NCBI GenBank assembly: GCA_019828565.1
Contig: JAHDYR010000067.1
Location: 402,244-466,243, forward strand
Direction: 5' to 3'
DNA: 64,000 nucleotides
Source: Carpediemonas membranifera BICM
Taxonomy: Eukaryota; Protista; Fornicata
Positions 24,722 to 35,347 of this stretch are shown in pieces. A program made the translations under genes and the position numbers. Numbering within the stretch: position 1 is the first letter of the stretch; every line of letters starts with the position of its first letter. The notes beneath the pieces are model-generated. The model saw nothing but the letters and a program-made list of their open reading frames with translations, was not told the origin of the DNA and did no database searches.

Positions 24722-24960
24722 ATGGACTTGCTAAAGTGGATTGAGAGCGCTAGCAAGGAACAGTACGATGCGATATTGGCTGCATACACCAAGGCAACCA
24801 CCAATCATGCCAAATGTGCTGTCCTTCGCGCGGTTTTGCTGGATGAACGGAAACTGCTCGATCTAGTCATCAGGAAGCGTTTGTAGTCATAGCAATGCTT
24901 ATATAGGAATCAACCTGAACCATATCACCACGAAATTCCGCCTCACGAAGGACGAGAAGG
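24722..24960 (+). pseudogene. 5' remnant of a homologue of the 42255-43973 gene, interrupted by Gypsy 3
   Basis: MDLLKWIE..AKCAVLRAVLL..YIGINL..ITTKFRLT aligns with MLDLFTWLE..GKCDVLRALLL..YTGVNL..IATFFRLT; two in-frame TAG stops. Confidence 0.8.
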
Positions 24961-25081
24961 TGTCGTGGGTCTTACCCAATATTTACATAGTTGTATTATT
25001 TACATCGTCTTCAGGTTTCTGTCGACACATTTGGTGTCGTCTCTTTTCCCTGTAAAGCTTTCTTGTCCCTAACGGACTACA
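24961..25081 (+). repeat. 5' LTR of Gypsy 3 (121 bp)
   Basis: tgtcgtggg...ggactaca, identical to 30981-31101. Confidence 0.95.
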
Positions 25082-25099
25082 TTTCTAGAAATTCAAGCC

Positions 25100-28000
25100 A
25101 TGAACGATAAGAAACGCCTTATACCTCCTCTACTAACGGTTCCGTCAGTTGAGGCTCTCATCACTTTCGCCGAGGCCTTCCGCGACTATCGCGCTTACGG
25201 AGGCCATCGGGATATCTCAGACTTGATTGATAGCTCGGTACAAGACCTCATTGCCACGATCCTATCCACTACGCAGGACGAAGACGACGATCACACTCCC
25301 CTAGTAGCCTCAAGGAAGAACATCCGCGATCTGAAGGATCAGAGAACTCTCAAGCGGCTCGGACAAGCCCTGCAACCCAGAACCAAGACCTCACGCCTCC
25401 AGCTGTTCCGTCTAAGAGCCAACAGCTTCGACACGGTACAGGTCGCACGCGTCAATCGGAAGTTCACTCTCCTCTTGTCCCTGTTCGATGGGAAGTCCCT
25501 CAACGAGGACAACCTCAAGGAGGCGTATACGCGTGCCTTTAAGAGCAACCCCAAGGCCATGTACCGCATCCAAGAGCTCATCGAGGACCAGCCTCTGGAA
25601 AAGGCTATGCCCGCCGTCCTAGCCCTAGCACGTGAAGTCCAAGAGTCACGGGATCTACTAAGCGCTTTCGAAGACGCTCCCTCTCGTCAACCCTACACGT
25701 CCCGCCATGACCGCAGACACGACTCGTCTGTGATCCCGAAGAAGCCCTCGTCCGATAACCGGTCGGCTGAAACCAACAAGGGCCACAAGGCAATCAAGAA
25801 GGAGAAGCCGGCAAAGGACTACTCTAACTACACCTGCTATAACTGCGGTGGCAAGGGTCACTCGGTGTTCAAGTGTAAGAAGCCCAAGCACACATGTAAG
25901 AAGTGTGGTCGTGTCGGCCACCTGGAGGATTACTGTAAATCCTCCAAGTGCGTGTGTGTTTTAAGTTCCAAGGAGTCACCGGCCGAGGGCGAACCGTCAA
26001 AGACTAAGGGCGAGACCGAGACTAAGCCATCTGTTCCCTTGATCAAAGTCCAGATTAATGGTCACAACCTCACTGCTCTACTTGATTCAGGTGCCGGAGT
26101 CACGATCATTAAGAGCACGTGGGCGTCCAAGCTGACAAAAGTTAGCTCCGAGGTTATTCCGATCCGTACCGCCAACAAGGGTATTCTTCACGCGCAAGGC
26201 GCTGTTGAAGGCGACGTAAGACTGCTAGCGTCAGCGTTTACACCCAAGGCGTGCTCCTACAAGCCACGTATGCTGCTACTTGACACTGAGTTCGACATGA
26301 TTATCGGATATCCAGACATGGTAGCACTGGGAATCCTTCCCCAAGCCTACACCGACGAGCAAGATGATGACGAGATCGAGATTCCGGACGTGTACAAGTA
26401 TCAGGCACCATTGTTTTCTTTGTCGCAGACCAGCATCGACCGGCAGGCCGAGCTCATCAGACGTTATAGCGACGTGTTCGAGGACCGTAGCGAACCCAGC
26501 CGCCTCGAGCCGTATGACCTCATCCTACGCGAGGACCGAGTGGTCAACGCCAGACCATACTTCGTCCCACCAGCCAAGGTCGACATAATACGGGAGCACA
26601 TCGACGAGCTGTCCTTGAAGGGGTTTATCGAGAGAAGCAACTCACCGTACGCATCCCCGGCCATGACGGTGCCGAAGAAGGGCGGGAAGTCGCGCTTCGT
26701 CGTGGATTTCCGGCAGATCAACGAGATCACCCCCACTTTCGACTACCCGATCCCAATGATCGACGAGGTGATCGCCCAACTACCCAACAAGAAGATCTTC
26801 GCCACACTAGACCTGTCGTCGGGTTATCACCAGGTCGAACTGACCAAACGCTGCCGCAAGTACACTGCGTTCACCACCATTCTAGGTCAATATCAATACA
26901 CTAGGATGCCCTTCGGGCTAAGGAACGCAGGAGCTCACTTTCAGCGTGCCATGGAGTCGGCTTTCGCCGAACTGGTTGGTCACGCCTGTTATATCTATAT
27001 CGACGATATCATTGTCTTCGGGGAAAACGAGGAGGATTACCTCAAGAACCTGGAGAGCGTGCTGCAGCGTACTAGACAGATCAAGTTACAACTCAACCGT
27101 GACAAGTGCCAGTTTTCGAGGGCCGAGGTCGAGTTCCTGGGCAGGGTCATATCCCATGGCTGTCAACGCATCGCAGCGGACCGCATTCAAGACATCCTGG
27201 ATCTCGAAATGCCTAAGTCGGTCAAGGGAATGCAAGCGCTCGTCGGATTTCTTAACTATTTCCGGGATCATGTCCCTGGTTTCGCAGAAGTAGTACACCC
27301 CTTAACTCAAGCGATGGCCTCCAAGATCCCGCTGGGTGGCGACGAGCAAGAGCAAGCCCTACGCAAAGTCAAGACACTCCTCGCCCAAGCAGAAGCACTC
27401 GCCATCTTCGATGCGTCCAAGGAACACACCATCATGACCGACGCGTCAGGGAGTAGGCTACGGCGCTGTGCTATTGCAGGAAGGCCAACCCGTGTGCTTT
27501 ATGAGCAAGGCCTTTGACCAAGTGCAATCGCGATGGTCGGTCGGAGAGAAGGAGGCATTCGCCATCGTCGCCGCCATTAAGCGATGGAACAAGTACCTCT
27601 CCTGGGGAAAGTTCACCCTTCTCACGGACCATCGCAACCTGATTTACATGTACAAGTCGACTAACGCCAAGGTCCGCAGATGGGCTGAGGCTATGTCCGA
27701 CATGGACTTCGACGTCAAGCACGTCGCTGGCCTTGATAACGGTGGGGCAGACGGCTTATCGCGAGTGTACGTTATGCAGTCCGCATCAGAAGATGACGTT
27801 GAAGCAGAACACCTCACCGCCGGGGCCCACCTCTCCCGACGTGTAGTTACTGAACGACTCAAGGACCAAGGCAAGTCAGTATCACGTGAGACTGTCAGCA
27901 AGGTCATCGAAAACTGCCCGGTGTGCCAGGTGATTAGACGCCCTCCGGTTGACAGCCCGTCAGGATTGCACACAGCCGTAGATCGCCCGTTCCGTAGGGT

Positions 28001-29051
28001 GGCAGTTGACACGATGGGGCCTTTCCCCTCCGTCGACGGCAAGGCTTACATCACAGTCATGATCGACATGTGCAGTCGGTGGACTGAGCTAGTCGCATCT
28101 TCGAGTACCACCGGCGCGGCAGCAGCGGACGCCCTGGTCAACAACTGGATATTGCGTTTCGGGTGCCCTGAGGTTCTCCAATCCGACGGAGGACCAGAGT
28201 TCAAGAACCAACTCTTCAAGCGCATCGCAGATGAGATGGGGTTCAAGATCCATATTACCACGGCTCACCACCCGCAATCCAATGGGATGGTAGAGCGCGC
28301 CAACCAGCAAGTATTACGCATCCTCAAGGCGCGTAAGTTTCAGCTCAGAGGGTCAACCTGGATCGAGAATCTACCTGTCGCCCAGTTCATCGTTAATTCA
28401 TCCCCGCGCACGTCTACACGCCTGTCACCAGCCGAGATAGTTCTCGGGTACGACCTGAGAATACCACAGAACGTGTATGTGACTGATTCTAGTACAGCGA
28501 GCGCGAGTGAGTCTCACAGGGAAGCGGCCGCAGCGGCTGTCCAACTCGCCAGCAGCCGAGTCCAGGCGATGAGAGAGGACGCCCTCGCAAAGGCTACTGC
28601 CTCGAGGAATGAGATTATTAGCAGGTTCGTCCTAGTCAAGTACCCCTCTAGACCACCGAACAAGTTGTCACCTGGATGGAGAGGGCCAATGCGAAGGCTC
28701 GCCGGAGTGAAACAACACGGTGTCGTTGTCGCGTATAAGGTTTTAGACCTAGCTGAGAAGGACAACTCGAAAGCGATCACGGTAGACGCATCGAGAGTTC
28801 GGAAGTTCAATCCCGGCAGGCTGACAGAAGATCAGATCAAAGCACTCGCAGCCACGGCTGACGACGAGTGGGAAGTTGAGCGAATCAGTCGATCTCGAGG
28901 TCGAGGCCCGATGTCCAAGCGGGAATACCTCGTCCATTGGGCTGGGTGCGAAGACGAAGAGGCCACGTGGCAAGACTATTCGTCAGTCAAGGACCTAGAG
29001 GCGCTAGACATATTCCTGAAGTCAGACGAGGCCAAGCGAGCCGGTCTGTAA
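25100..29051 (+). CDS. Gag-Pol polyprotein of Gypsy 3 (frameshift ~27449)
   Basis: Two CCHC knuckles; LLDSGA; YIDD; MTDAS (removing one G restores DASGVGYGAVLLQ); AVDTMGP..SDGG..VERAN; chromodomain WEVERI..YLVHWAG..ATWQ. Confidence 0.92.
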
Positions 29052-29124
29052 ACCTTCAGCAGCTACTCAATCCAAACCTTTATCTCACTCCAAAACACCC
29101 CCGCTGAGAGCACCGTTCGCGTCC

Positions 29125-30330
29125 TCAGACCGGGTACAATAGCGAACTAGCTCGGGATGAGCAGCAAAGAACTTGACCCCCAGCCTGACTATCACGGATT
29201 GCCTCGGTTGCCAGGATAATCGAGCTGTACTCGCGTCGAGCATAGTGCACGAGCAGACGCAGGGAATTCTCATGCAGATGGTGGCCAACGATTGCCTCAA
29301 GCACATACACACGACGTGGCTCGTTATGATCGAGCGCGACGGGCAGGACGTCATTGCTGGGGACATCGAACAGGAAGTTGTCCATCAAAGAGTGGCGCAC
29401 ATGACCGAAACCAGTGGGGGTCCGGATTGCTTCAATGTATTGGCGGCTGAACTCTCGCACGTCAGCAGCGTCTAGGATGCCCTGCGCGTGGCCCACGACC
29501 ATCATGTCATACAGGTCTGGGTCATTACCTAACATTATGGCGCGACGCAGATGAGGGGTCATGACGGTGTAACCACGCCCCGAGAGAAGCTGAATACGCT
29601 CGCGCAAACCCTGATGACAGAGCGTACGCGAGGTCGCGTCGAGGCGGCGGAGGTGCAAAGCCACCAGATCCTGATCGGTGGGATCGCCAGGCCGACCACA
29701 CATAGCCCGAGTGTGGTACTCGCGCGATAGCGCCAGCAACACGAGACCATCGCGACAGATGTCACGCGCAACGGAAGAAGAGTTCTCCGTTGCGGCGAGA
29801 TGCCCATATGAGTTGAGCATCCCGGCGCGGAGCGCCCGCAAGGTACCAGACATGTCTAGAGTGATGTAACTCACGCCCTCTGCGGCAACAGCGGTGATCA
29901 TCTCCTCCAGAGAGAAGAGCGGCGAGACCTCGGTTTCCTCACCCGACCCCGAGTCGCCGTGACCCGTTGGCCGGGATTCATCATCGCTACGAGCGGTCTC
30001 GGCCTCGCACGAGTCACCACGGTTCTCACGTGGAGAGCCAGCATCACCACTCACCGTCTCAGCCTCCTCCGGGCTTTCGTCACCGCCCGGCGTCGGCGAA
30101 CGCACACAAGAAGTGACCGGAGCACTCGTAACGCTCTCAGTAGAGGTGTCCCGGATAGATGTCACGTTTGTAGGAGCAGGTGCGCTGAACAAAGCGTGGT
30201 AGTCGCTGGCTGAGTTGAAAAAACGGGCACGATCGAGATAGCGGTTCAAGAAGCGTTTGAAGGCCTTTCGGGCTTTCTCCTCATCAAATAGCGCCAGCAT
30301 CTGCGTAATCTGCTCACGTACGTCGGACAT
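29125..30330 (-). CDS. Antisense ORF of Gypsy 3 (~400 aa) with a possible divergent C-terminal chromodomain
   Basis: Long open frame between pol and the 3' LTR; YVLEAIVGHHLHENSLRLLVHY resembles the chromo beta-strands. Confidence 0.65.
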   Translation of the reverse strand: MSDVREQITQMLALFDEEKARKAFKRFLNRYLDRARFFNSASDYHALFSAPAPTNVTSIRDTSTESVTSAPVTSCVRSPTPGGDESPEEAETVSGDAGSPRENRGDSCEAETARSDDESRPTGHGDSGSGEETEVSPLFSLEEMITAVAAEGVSYITLDMSGTLRALRAGMLNSYGHLAATENSSSVARDICRDGLVLLALSREYHTRAMCGRPGDPTDQDLVALHLRRLDATSRTLCHQGLRERIQLLSGRGYTVMTPHLRRAIMLGNDPDLYDMMVVGHAQGILDAADVREFSRQYIEAIRTPTGFGHVRHSLMDNFLFDVPSNDVLPVALDHNEPRRVYVLEAIVGHHLHENSLRLLVHYARREYSSIILATEAIRDSQAGGQVLCCSSRASSLLYPV

Positions 30331-30980
30331 TGCTCGTTCGTCACTTCCCGTTTTCACTGAGAAAACAACAACTCGAAAGAAGTAGCAACCAACCTCAATG
30401 GAACTTGAAAGACACTGTTTTACGGCTAATTCAAGCCCGATTGATGTTATTAAGGATGAACGCGGCCTTTTGCAGCCGCGAGAGAGAACGTCGCACCGTC
30501 GAGAGCAAAAAACGCGAGAACTCGCGTTTTCCGCCGAATTGAGGCTTCTAATGACGTTTTTCGATCTCTATGTAATAAGGACGGCGACGTGAAGTACATA
30601 CCAAGAGAAACACAAAGATCATCACAGTGAGCAGTTTTAGGCGCTCATTTGATCTAATCAATATTCAAACGGCCGTTTTACGACCGTGGAGGGGCGGAAT
30701 GCCTCACGTAAGATCATTCTAATTACACAGCGCGCTAACAAGTGGTACCACGATAGGATTTTGAGATCCGCAGATATTTTCCGAATCTTTCAGATTCACC
30801 CCGCCAATTCTGGCTCCCGACTTGAACAAGGCATTCACCCTGTACCCTGCCATGGTACAGAGTCTCGTAGACCAATGAGTGGCATCGGAGGTCTCGGGAC
30901 TGGTCAAGTCCCTCATCGCACATTCGTTCGAGTGGCATACGCCTGAGGCCATGGCCCCTTTGGGGTCCATGGAGGGGCGG

Positions 30981-31101
30981 TGTCGTGGGTCTTACCCAAT
31001 ATTTACATAGTTGTATTATTTACATCGTCTTCAGGTTTCTGTCGACACATTTGGTGTCGTCTCTTTTCCCTGTAAAGCTTTCTTGTCCCTAACGGACTAC
31101 A
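30981..31101 (+). repeat. 3' LTR of Gypsy 3 (121 bp)
   Basis: Identical to 24961-25081. Confidence 0.95.
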
Positions 31102-31162
31102 ACATGCTGCGTTTTCCGGTACTCTAACCGGGACTTAAAGTCCCAGAATCAAGTCCCGGAAT
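31102..31162 (+). repeat. Left TIR of element B
   Basis: acatgctgcgttttccggtactctaaccgggacttaaagtcccagaatcaagtcccggaat; inverted match to 51123-51182. Confidence 0.85.
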
Positions 31163-31615
31163 CCTTGATTGATTTTGATCGATGTCGTCGGATCATCCCC
31201 AAAGTGGGTGACAGTCTTCTACTAGCCTAGTTCTACCTCTGGAAACATTATTAGCGCATGTCGATGTCACAAAAAATATTTATGATCGTTTTCCGTATCG
31301 TCAGTGCAGGATAAGGTCGCATGACTTGGCCAAAGTCGCTCTTCAGAACTCGATCGTCTGACACATACAAACGCTAAAAGTGGTTGGCAAAGATGCATTA
31401 GACCTTGTATATGACGTGTATAGACAAAATTTCGGGTGTTGCACTGTCACCTCTGAGGGGTATCCTCTCAAAAAGTGTTGAAACTCCTACTGTAACATCC
31501 CCTTGCTGTCCTAGCAACGGAATAGTACTTTATTTACTTCAACTTTATCCCATTCGATAAAGAAAAGTCAAATTGTGTGAGCAATCTTCAACCTTAAAGT
31601 GCACATACAGGCATC

Positions 31616-32803
31616 ATGGAAAAGACCCAAAAACGAGAAATCCTGATTGCAATTGCAAAAGAAGTATTCTACTTTCAACGCGATTGTGCTCAAGCCATGC
31701 CTGTTGCGGTTTCAGAGGTGTGCTGGGCTATTCTGCCAGATGATATCCGAGCTCTCTACAAGAAGAAGCAAGCGATGGCTTGTTCTCTTCGTCATGCCCT
31801 TATCCACGCTCTGGATGGACTCGCCCCCTCGTCTTACCAGATCAACACCGAGGGTAAGGTCAAGGGTGTGTTCCTCAAGGACTTCGGCGAGATCAACCTA
31901 TCAAGGCTGCAGGACAACCTGCAGGCAGCATCAGGTACCACTAGCACTGTGGTATGGCAGCCTCCGGTTTCGCGCTACATCAGCATCCCCTTCCAGACCT
32001 ATTCGAAGAAGAAGGACAAGAGGGCTCGGAAACAGTCTCAACCCGCCCCTCAGTCGGTCGTAACTGTTCGTGACAATCTGGCCAGTGAACACAGACAGCG
32101 GGAAGCAGCGCACATCGACCAAGTCGCTTCCCAATTTTCCACATGTGTGGCGCAGGCAACGGCACTTATCCAGACAGGAATGAACCGGCGCCACGCACTC
32201 GACAACTTCACTTATCAGCAGCTACGAAACTCATTGCGCATGTGTTGTGGGGTCTGTCACGATCCGATGAATCTGCTGCTGAAGATTGAGGACGACAACT
32301 CCCTGCAGTGCCAACAATGCGAGAGGTACTTCCATTATAGCTGTGTCAGTGGCTACTTGGAGGAGCGAATGGCATACCCGGCATCTAACAGGGCCGATAA
32401 GCAGAAGATATCCATCTGCGATGACTGTAAGGCAATCAATGGTAACGACGAGTGCTTTCATCGTACACCTCCAACCGAGACCACCCAAGCAGCGGACTGT
32501 GGTAGAAGTATTAAGGATGGACCCAGCATGCTCTGCTACTTTTGTTCCAACTGGTTCTGTCCGGATCATATCGCGGACACCGTTTTTGACACTGGAACTG
32601 ACATGTTGAAGCGTCCTTCTCGTCGTGTTCCGGTGTGCGTGAATTGCTTTCCTCGCATTCAGAGAGGCCAGCGACAGTTCAACGGTGAGTATACCAACGC
32701 TGCCCGCGCTATTACAGAGCCATTGACACTCGCGGATGACGAGGCTCGTGATGATGTCAGTATCCGCGAGGAGGTGAGTGATGAGGAGGATGACCAAGAG
32801 TGA
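31616..32803 (+). CDS. PHD-finger protein with a second Cys/His zinc-binding domain
   Basis: CGVC...LQCQQCERYFHYSCV...ICDDC (C4HC3); CYFCSNWFCPDH...VCVNC. Confidence 0.8.
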   Translation: MEKTQKREILIAIAKEVFYFQRDCAQAMPVAVSEVCWAILPDDIRALYKKKQAMACSLRHALIHALDGLAPSSYQINTEGKVKGVFLKDFGEINLSRLQDNLQAASGTTSTVVWQPPVSRYISIPFQTYSKKKDKRARKQSQPAPQSVVTVRDNLASEHRQREAAHIDQVASQFSTCVAQATALIQTGMNRRHALDNFTYQQLRNSLRMCCGVCHDPMNLLLKIEDDNSLQCQQCERYFHYSCVSGYLEERMAYPASNRADKQKISICDDCKAINGNDECFHRTPPTETTQAADCGRSIKDGPSMLCYFCSNWFCPDHIADTVFDTGTDMLKRPSRRVPVCVNCFPRIQRGQRQFNGEYTNAARAITEPLTLADDEARDDVSIREEVSDEEDDQE

Positions 32804-33123
32804 TAAGTGGAATAAAATGAACGAATGACTGATGCGGCACATTCTGTTTACGCTATACGACGATTTTAGAGAGCGCCAGAGAGGTGCTGCAGGGAGAGAG
32901 CTTGTGCTTGCGTATCCTGAGGGATGCGGGATGGGAGGGGCCGACGTAATTGGCCAATCCACGTTTGTGGATCACCTGGTGTCGTCCATACCGGGCGTCT
33001 CTCCGCCACAGGCTGTGTTGCTGCGCATGGAAAGCAGTGTTAACTGTGTTCTATTGCACGATAGCACGGGGTTATTGACTGATGCGGCACCTACCTTAAA
33101 TTGCTCGTCATCCACAGTTGTGG

Positions 33124-34131
33124 ATGGACCGATATCGCGCTAAGCATCGCCAAGCACCTCTCAAAGGGCAATCATCCGCTCGACAAGATCATCACCTGTT
33201 CATTTCACCATGGAACGATGAGCAGCTCCGCATCCTTGGCGATAATGCGCGAGTTCTTCAGCTGCTCGCCATGATGGTCCCTTGGATGCGGAAGATCTTG
33301 GCCTCGCCTGCATTTAACCCCGGGTGCAAGCCCAATAGCACCGAGAAGGACCTCCTCGGCAAAGAGCTCGAACAGGACGTGGATTCATCAAGAATCCTTC
33401 GTGAGATGTCCAATCGAGCGGCGTACAACAAAGCCCATGCCAAGATCATTCGTGATCTCGTTGAGTACCGGAACCGCGCAGCTCACAATGAGCTTGAGCC
33501 CGACACCCTGCCCAAGGTCCTGGAGCTGGTCGAGAGCTTGGCCCAGGCCTTCTCGGTTCCATTGCACGATAACGTCAGGGCGTTCATCGCGCTGCTTAAG
33601 TCGCCAGTGTCGCTCGTTGCGACAAGTGAACATCATGCTCTGACGAAGAAGGTCAGCATTCTTGAGGATGAGATTGAGAGGCTGCGTAGCGGCGGCCGTA
33701 AGACCATGCTCAGGCTGCCAGGTGTCAGGTCTCAGCCGGAGCCCACCACTTTGGAGCAGGCAACGATGACGACTTCGGACGTCGGAGACCTGGATGAGCC
33801 GAGGCCCAGGCCCGAAGACACGGGCAAGACGCGCGGTACGCTCATGTCCCGCACACTGACTGCTAGCCAGGTGGACCAGCTAGCTATGGCCAGAACGCAT
33901 GACCCCCCGCTTGTCCTGTCAGGACGTTGCATCGTGTGCGGGGGCTCATGCGAGACCTCAGAGTGGGCTTGCCGTCGTACCTCAACGACGACACCCAAAG
34001 ATCCTTGCCGAACGTTGATTCGGAAGGTTAGGACTGGGAATACTCGCGACGTCTCTGTCTACCTCACAGATGAGGCATTTGAGTGGGTCAAACGTCGCGA
34101 TCAGACAGGCAAGAGAGCGAGACAGGAATAA
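33124..34131 (+). CDS. HEPN-like (Swt1-type) domain protein with coiled coil and C-terminal Cys cluster
   Basis: D-x-S-x-ILREM ... IIRDLVEYRNRAAH (R-x4-H) in a helical context; CIVC..C..C..C near the C-terminus. Confidence 0.7.
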   Translation: MDRYRAKHRQAPLKGQSSARQDHHLFISPWNDEQLRILGDNARVLQLLAMMVPWMRKILASPAFNPGCKPNSTEKDLLGKELEQDVDSSRILREMSNRAAYNKAHAKIIRDLVEYRNRAAHNELEPDTLPKVLELVESLAQAFSVPLHDNVRAFIALLKSPVSLVATSEHHALTKKVSILEDEIERLRSGGRKTMLRLPGVRSQPEPTTLEQATMTTSDVGDLDEPRPRPEDTGKTRGTLMSRTLTASQVDQLAMARTHDPPLVLSGRCIVCGGSCETSEWACRRTSTTTPKDPCRTLIRKVRTGNTRDVSVYLTDEAFEWVKRRDQTGKRARQE

Positions 34132-34152
34132 ATGAATGTATATGTGCATGTC

Positions 34153-34525
34153 TGGGCCTCAGCGCTGTCGTTCAGGCCAATCCACGTTTGTGGATCCGTG
34201 CAGTTTATGGCTTATCGACCGGACATCTCCTGAACTGAGCGCCAGGGGGCGGAGGTGGCGTTGGCGTGGGGCGTGGAGGCGCTGGGGGCGGGGGTGGCGT
34301 TGATATTGGGCAATTACATAAAGTGCACGGTGCTTGGAATTTCATTCCAACCTCAAAATGGCGGGAAAGCATTATTGGAAGGAACTAGTGGCAGCTATGC
34401 GGTTCTTTATACTGCAAAAGCAACCAGCTGTCGTCAAAAGCGCGCCATCTACCATCAATAACCAACATCTGCGTTGCACTCCACTGTTCTCGGTCGTTAA
34501 TGCACAAAATCACTAAACAACATCA
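34153..34525 (+). repeat. R module copy 1 (~375-bp dispersed repeat)
   Basis: Starts tgggcctcagcgctg; hairpin ATCCAC-GTTT-GTGGAT; G-rich tract; ends ctaaacaacatca. Confidence 0.95.
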
Positions 34526-34564
34526 GAAAGGAACAAAAGATAGATACTATAGACGTCCGTTTAC

Positions 34565-35293
34565 CTATTCAGCCAGGCGCAGGTACTGACGCGCCGTCTC
34601 TCGGGCAGAAGATATACCATGGAGGGATGCGTTCTGGGCAAGGCGCTTGAACGACACAACGAACAGCGGAAGTCGCTCCCACTCTCCTTGGGCCCAGTAG
34701 TGATGGTCGTACTCGAGTGATAAATATTCGTAGGGGTGAATTGTTCGAACGCACACGAAGAAGAGAAGCGGGAGCAGTTTCGTCTCATCAGCAGCAACAC
34801 GAACAAGAACGTGACCAATGTGGCACTGCACATTGGTCACGACCGGGTTGTCGTTGATGCGATGGACACCGATTGTTTCAGGGTTGGCGCTGACGCAAAA
34901 CTGGGTTCCATCGATGAGGTAGTCGTAGTTACCATTTGACTGGCGCTCATGGATGACCTCACCAGCATAGACACCGACCAGAGAACCGACGTCGATTCGG
35001 TGCGACGAGATGACCCCTTGGCCAACATCGGTGCCCATGAGGGACTTCTGTGGCTCAAGAAGGATCCCATCTGCGGTCTTAGCGATGCCGTTCTCAAGTA
35101 GTTCTTCGCCTGCATGCTCAGAGTCCGCCTTCTTGCCACCTGCACCGAGGAACTGCTCTCTATCCTCCTTAGAGAGCTTTTTCAGAGACATCAATTTCTC
35201 GTAATCATCTAAAGACATTGTAATGTTCTCCTCTTCCTCTGATCCATCTGTAGCAACATGCGGGATCATGATAGTGTGCATTCCTGTTGTCAC
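34565..35293 (-). CDS. SET-domain protein (putative lysine methyltransferase)
   Basis: GQGVISSHRI..G..VGVYAGEVI; HRINDNP..TNV; RTIHPYEYLSLEYDHHYW. Confidence 0.85.
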   Translation of the reverse strand: MTTGMHTIMIPHVATDGSEEEENITMSLDDYEKLMSLKKLSKEDREQFLGAGGKKADSEHAGEELLENGIAKTADGILLEPQKSLMGTDVGQGVISSHRIDVGSLVGVYAGEVIHERQSNGNYDYLIDGTQFCVSANPETIGVHRINDNPVVTNVQCHIGHVLVRVAADETKLLPLLFFVCVRTIHPYEYLSLEYDHHYWAQGEWERLPLFVVSFKRLAQNASLHGISSARETARQYLRLAE

Positions 35294-35347
35294 TCACAAT
35301 TGCGAAACTCGCTCTCTGTTCCATAACCTGCACATCGGATTTGAACG

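Larger units (their letters stand above)
18362..24960. mobile_element. Truncated large TIR element A (sister family of element B at 31102-51182)
   Basis: Terminus colinear with the TIRs of B; shares the 53-aa ORF, the YR-like/kleisin-like gene, a 500-bp non-coding block and the start of the OTU-bearing gene with B; cut off at the Gypsy 3 5' LTR. Confidence 0.7.
24961..31101 (+). mobile_element. Ty3/Gypsy chromovirus-like LTR retrotransposon 3 with an extra antisense ORF; no matching TSD
   Basis: Identical 121-bp TG...CA LTRs; PPT GGAGGGGCGG at 30971-30980; flanks GAAGG / ACATG differ. Confidence 0.93.
32592..34525 (+). repeat. ~1.93-kb internal inverted repeat, left arm (partner 44918-46851)
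   Basis: Identical ORF translations on opposite strands (33118-34131 vs 45312-46325; 32832-33143 vs 46300-46611). Confidence 0.95.

Noticed and set aside
32957-34195. DnaA-box-like ATCCACA/TGTGGAT motifs
   Set aside because: Not the full TTATCCACA consensus, and the context is eukaryotic; treated as a hairpin motif.
34255-34516. Small ORFs inside each R module (MALAWGV..., MEFHSNL...)
   Set aside because: Non-ATG starts; identity simply follows from the DNA repeat.
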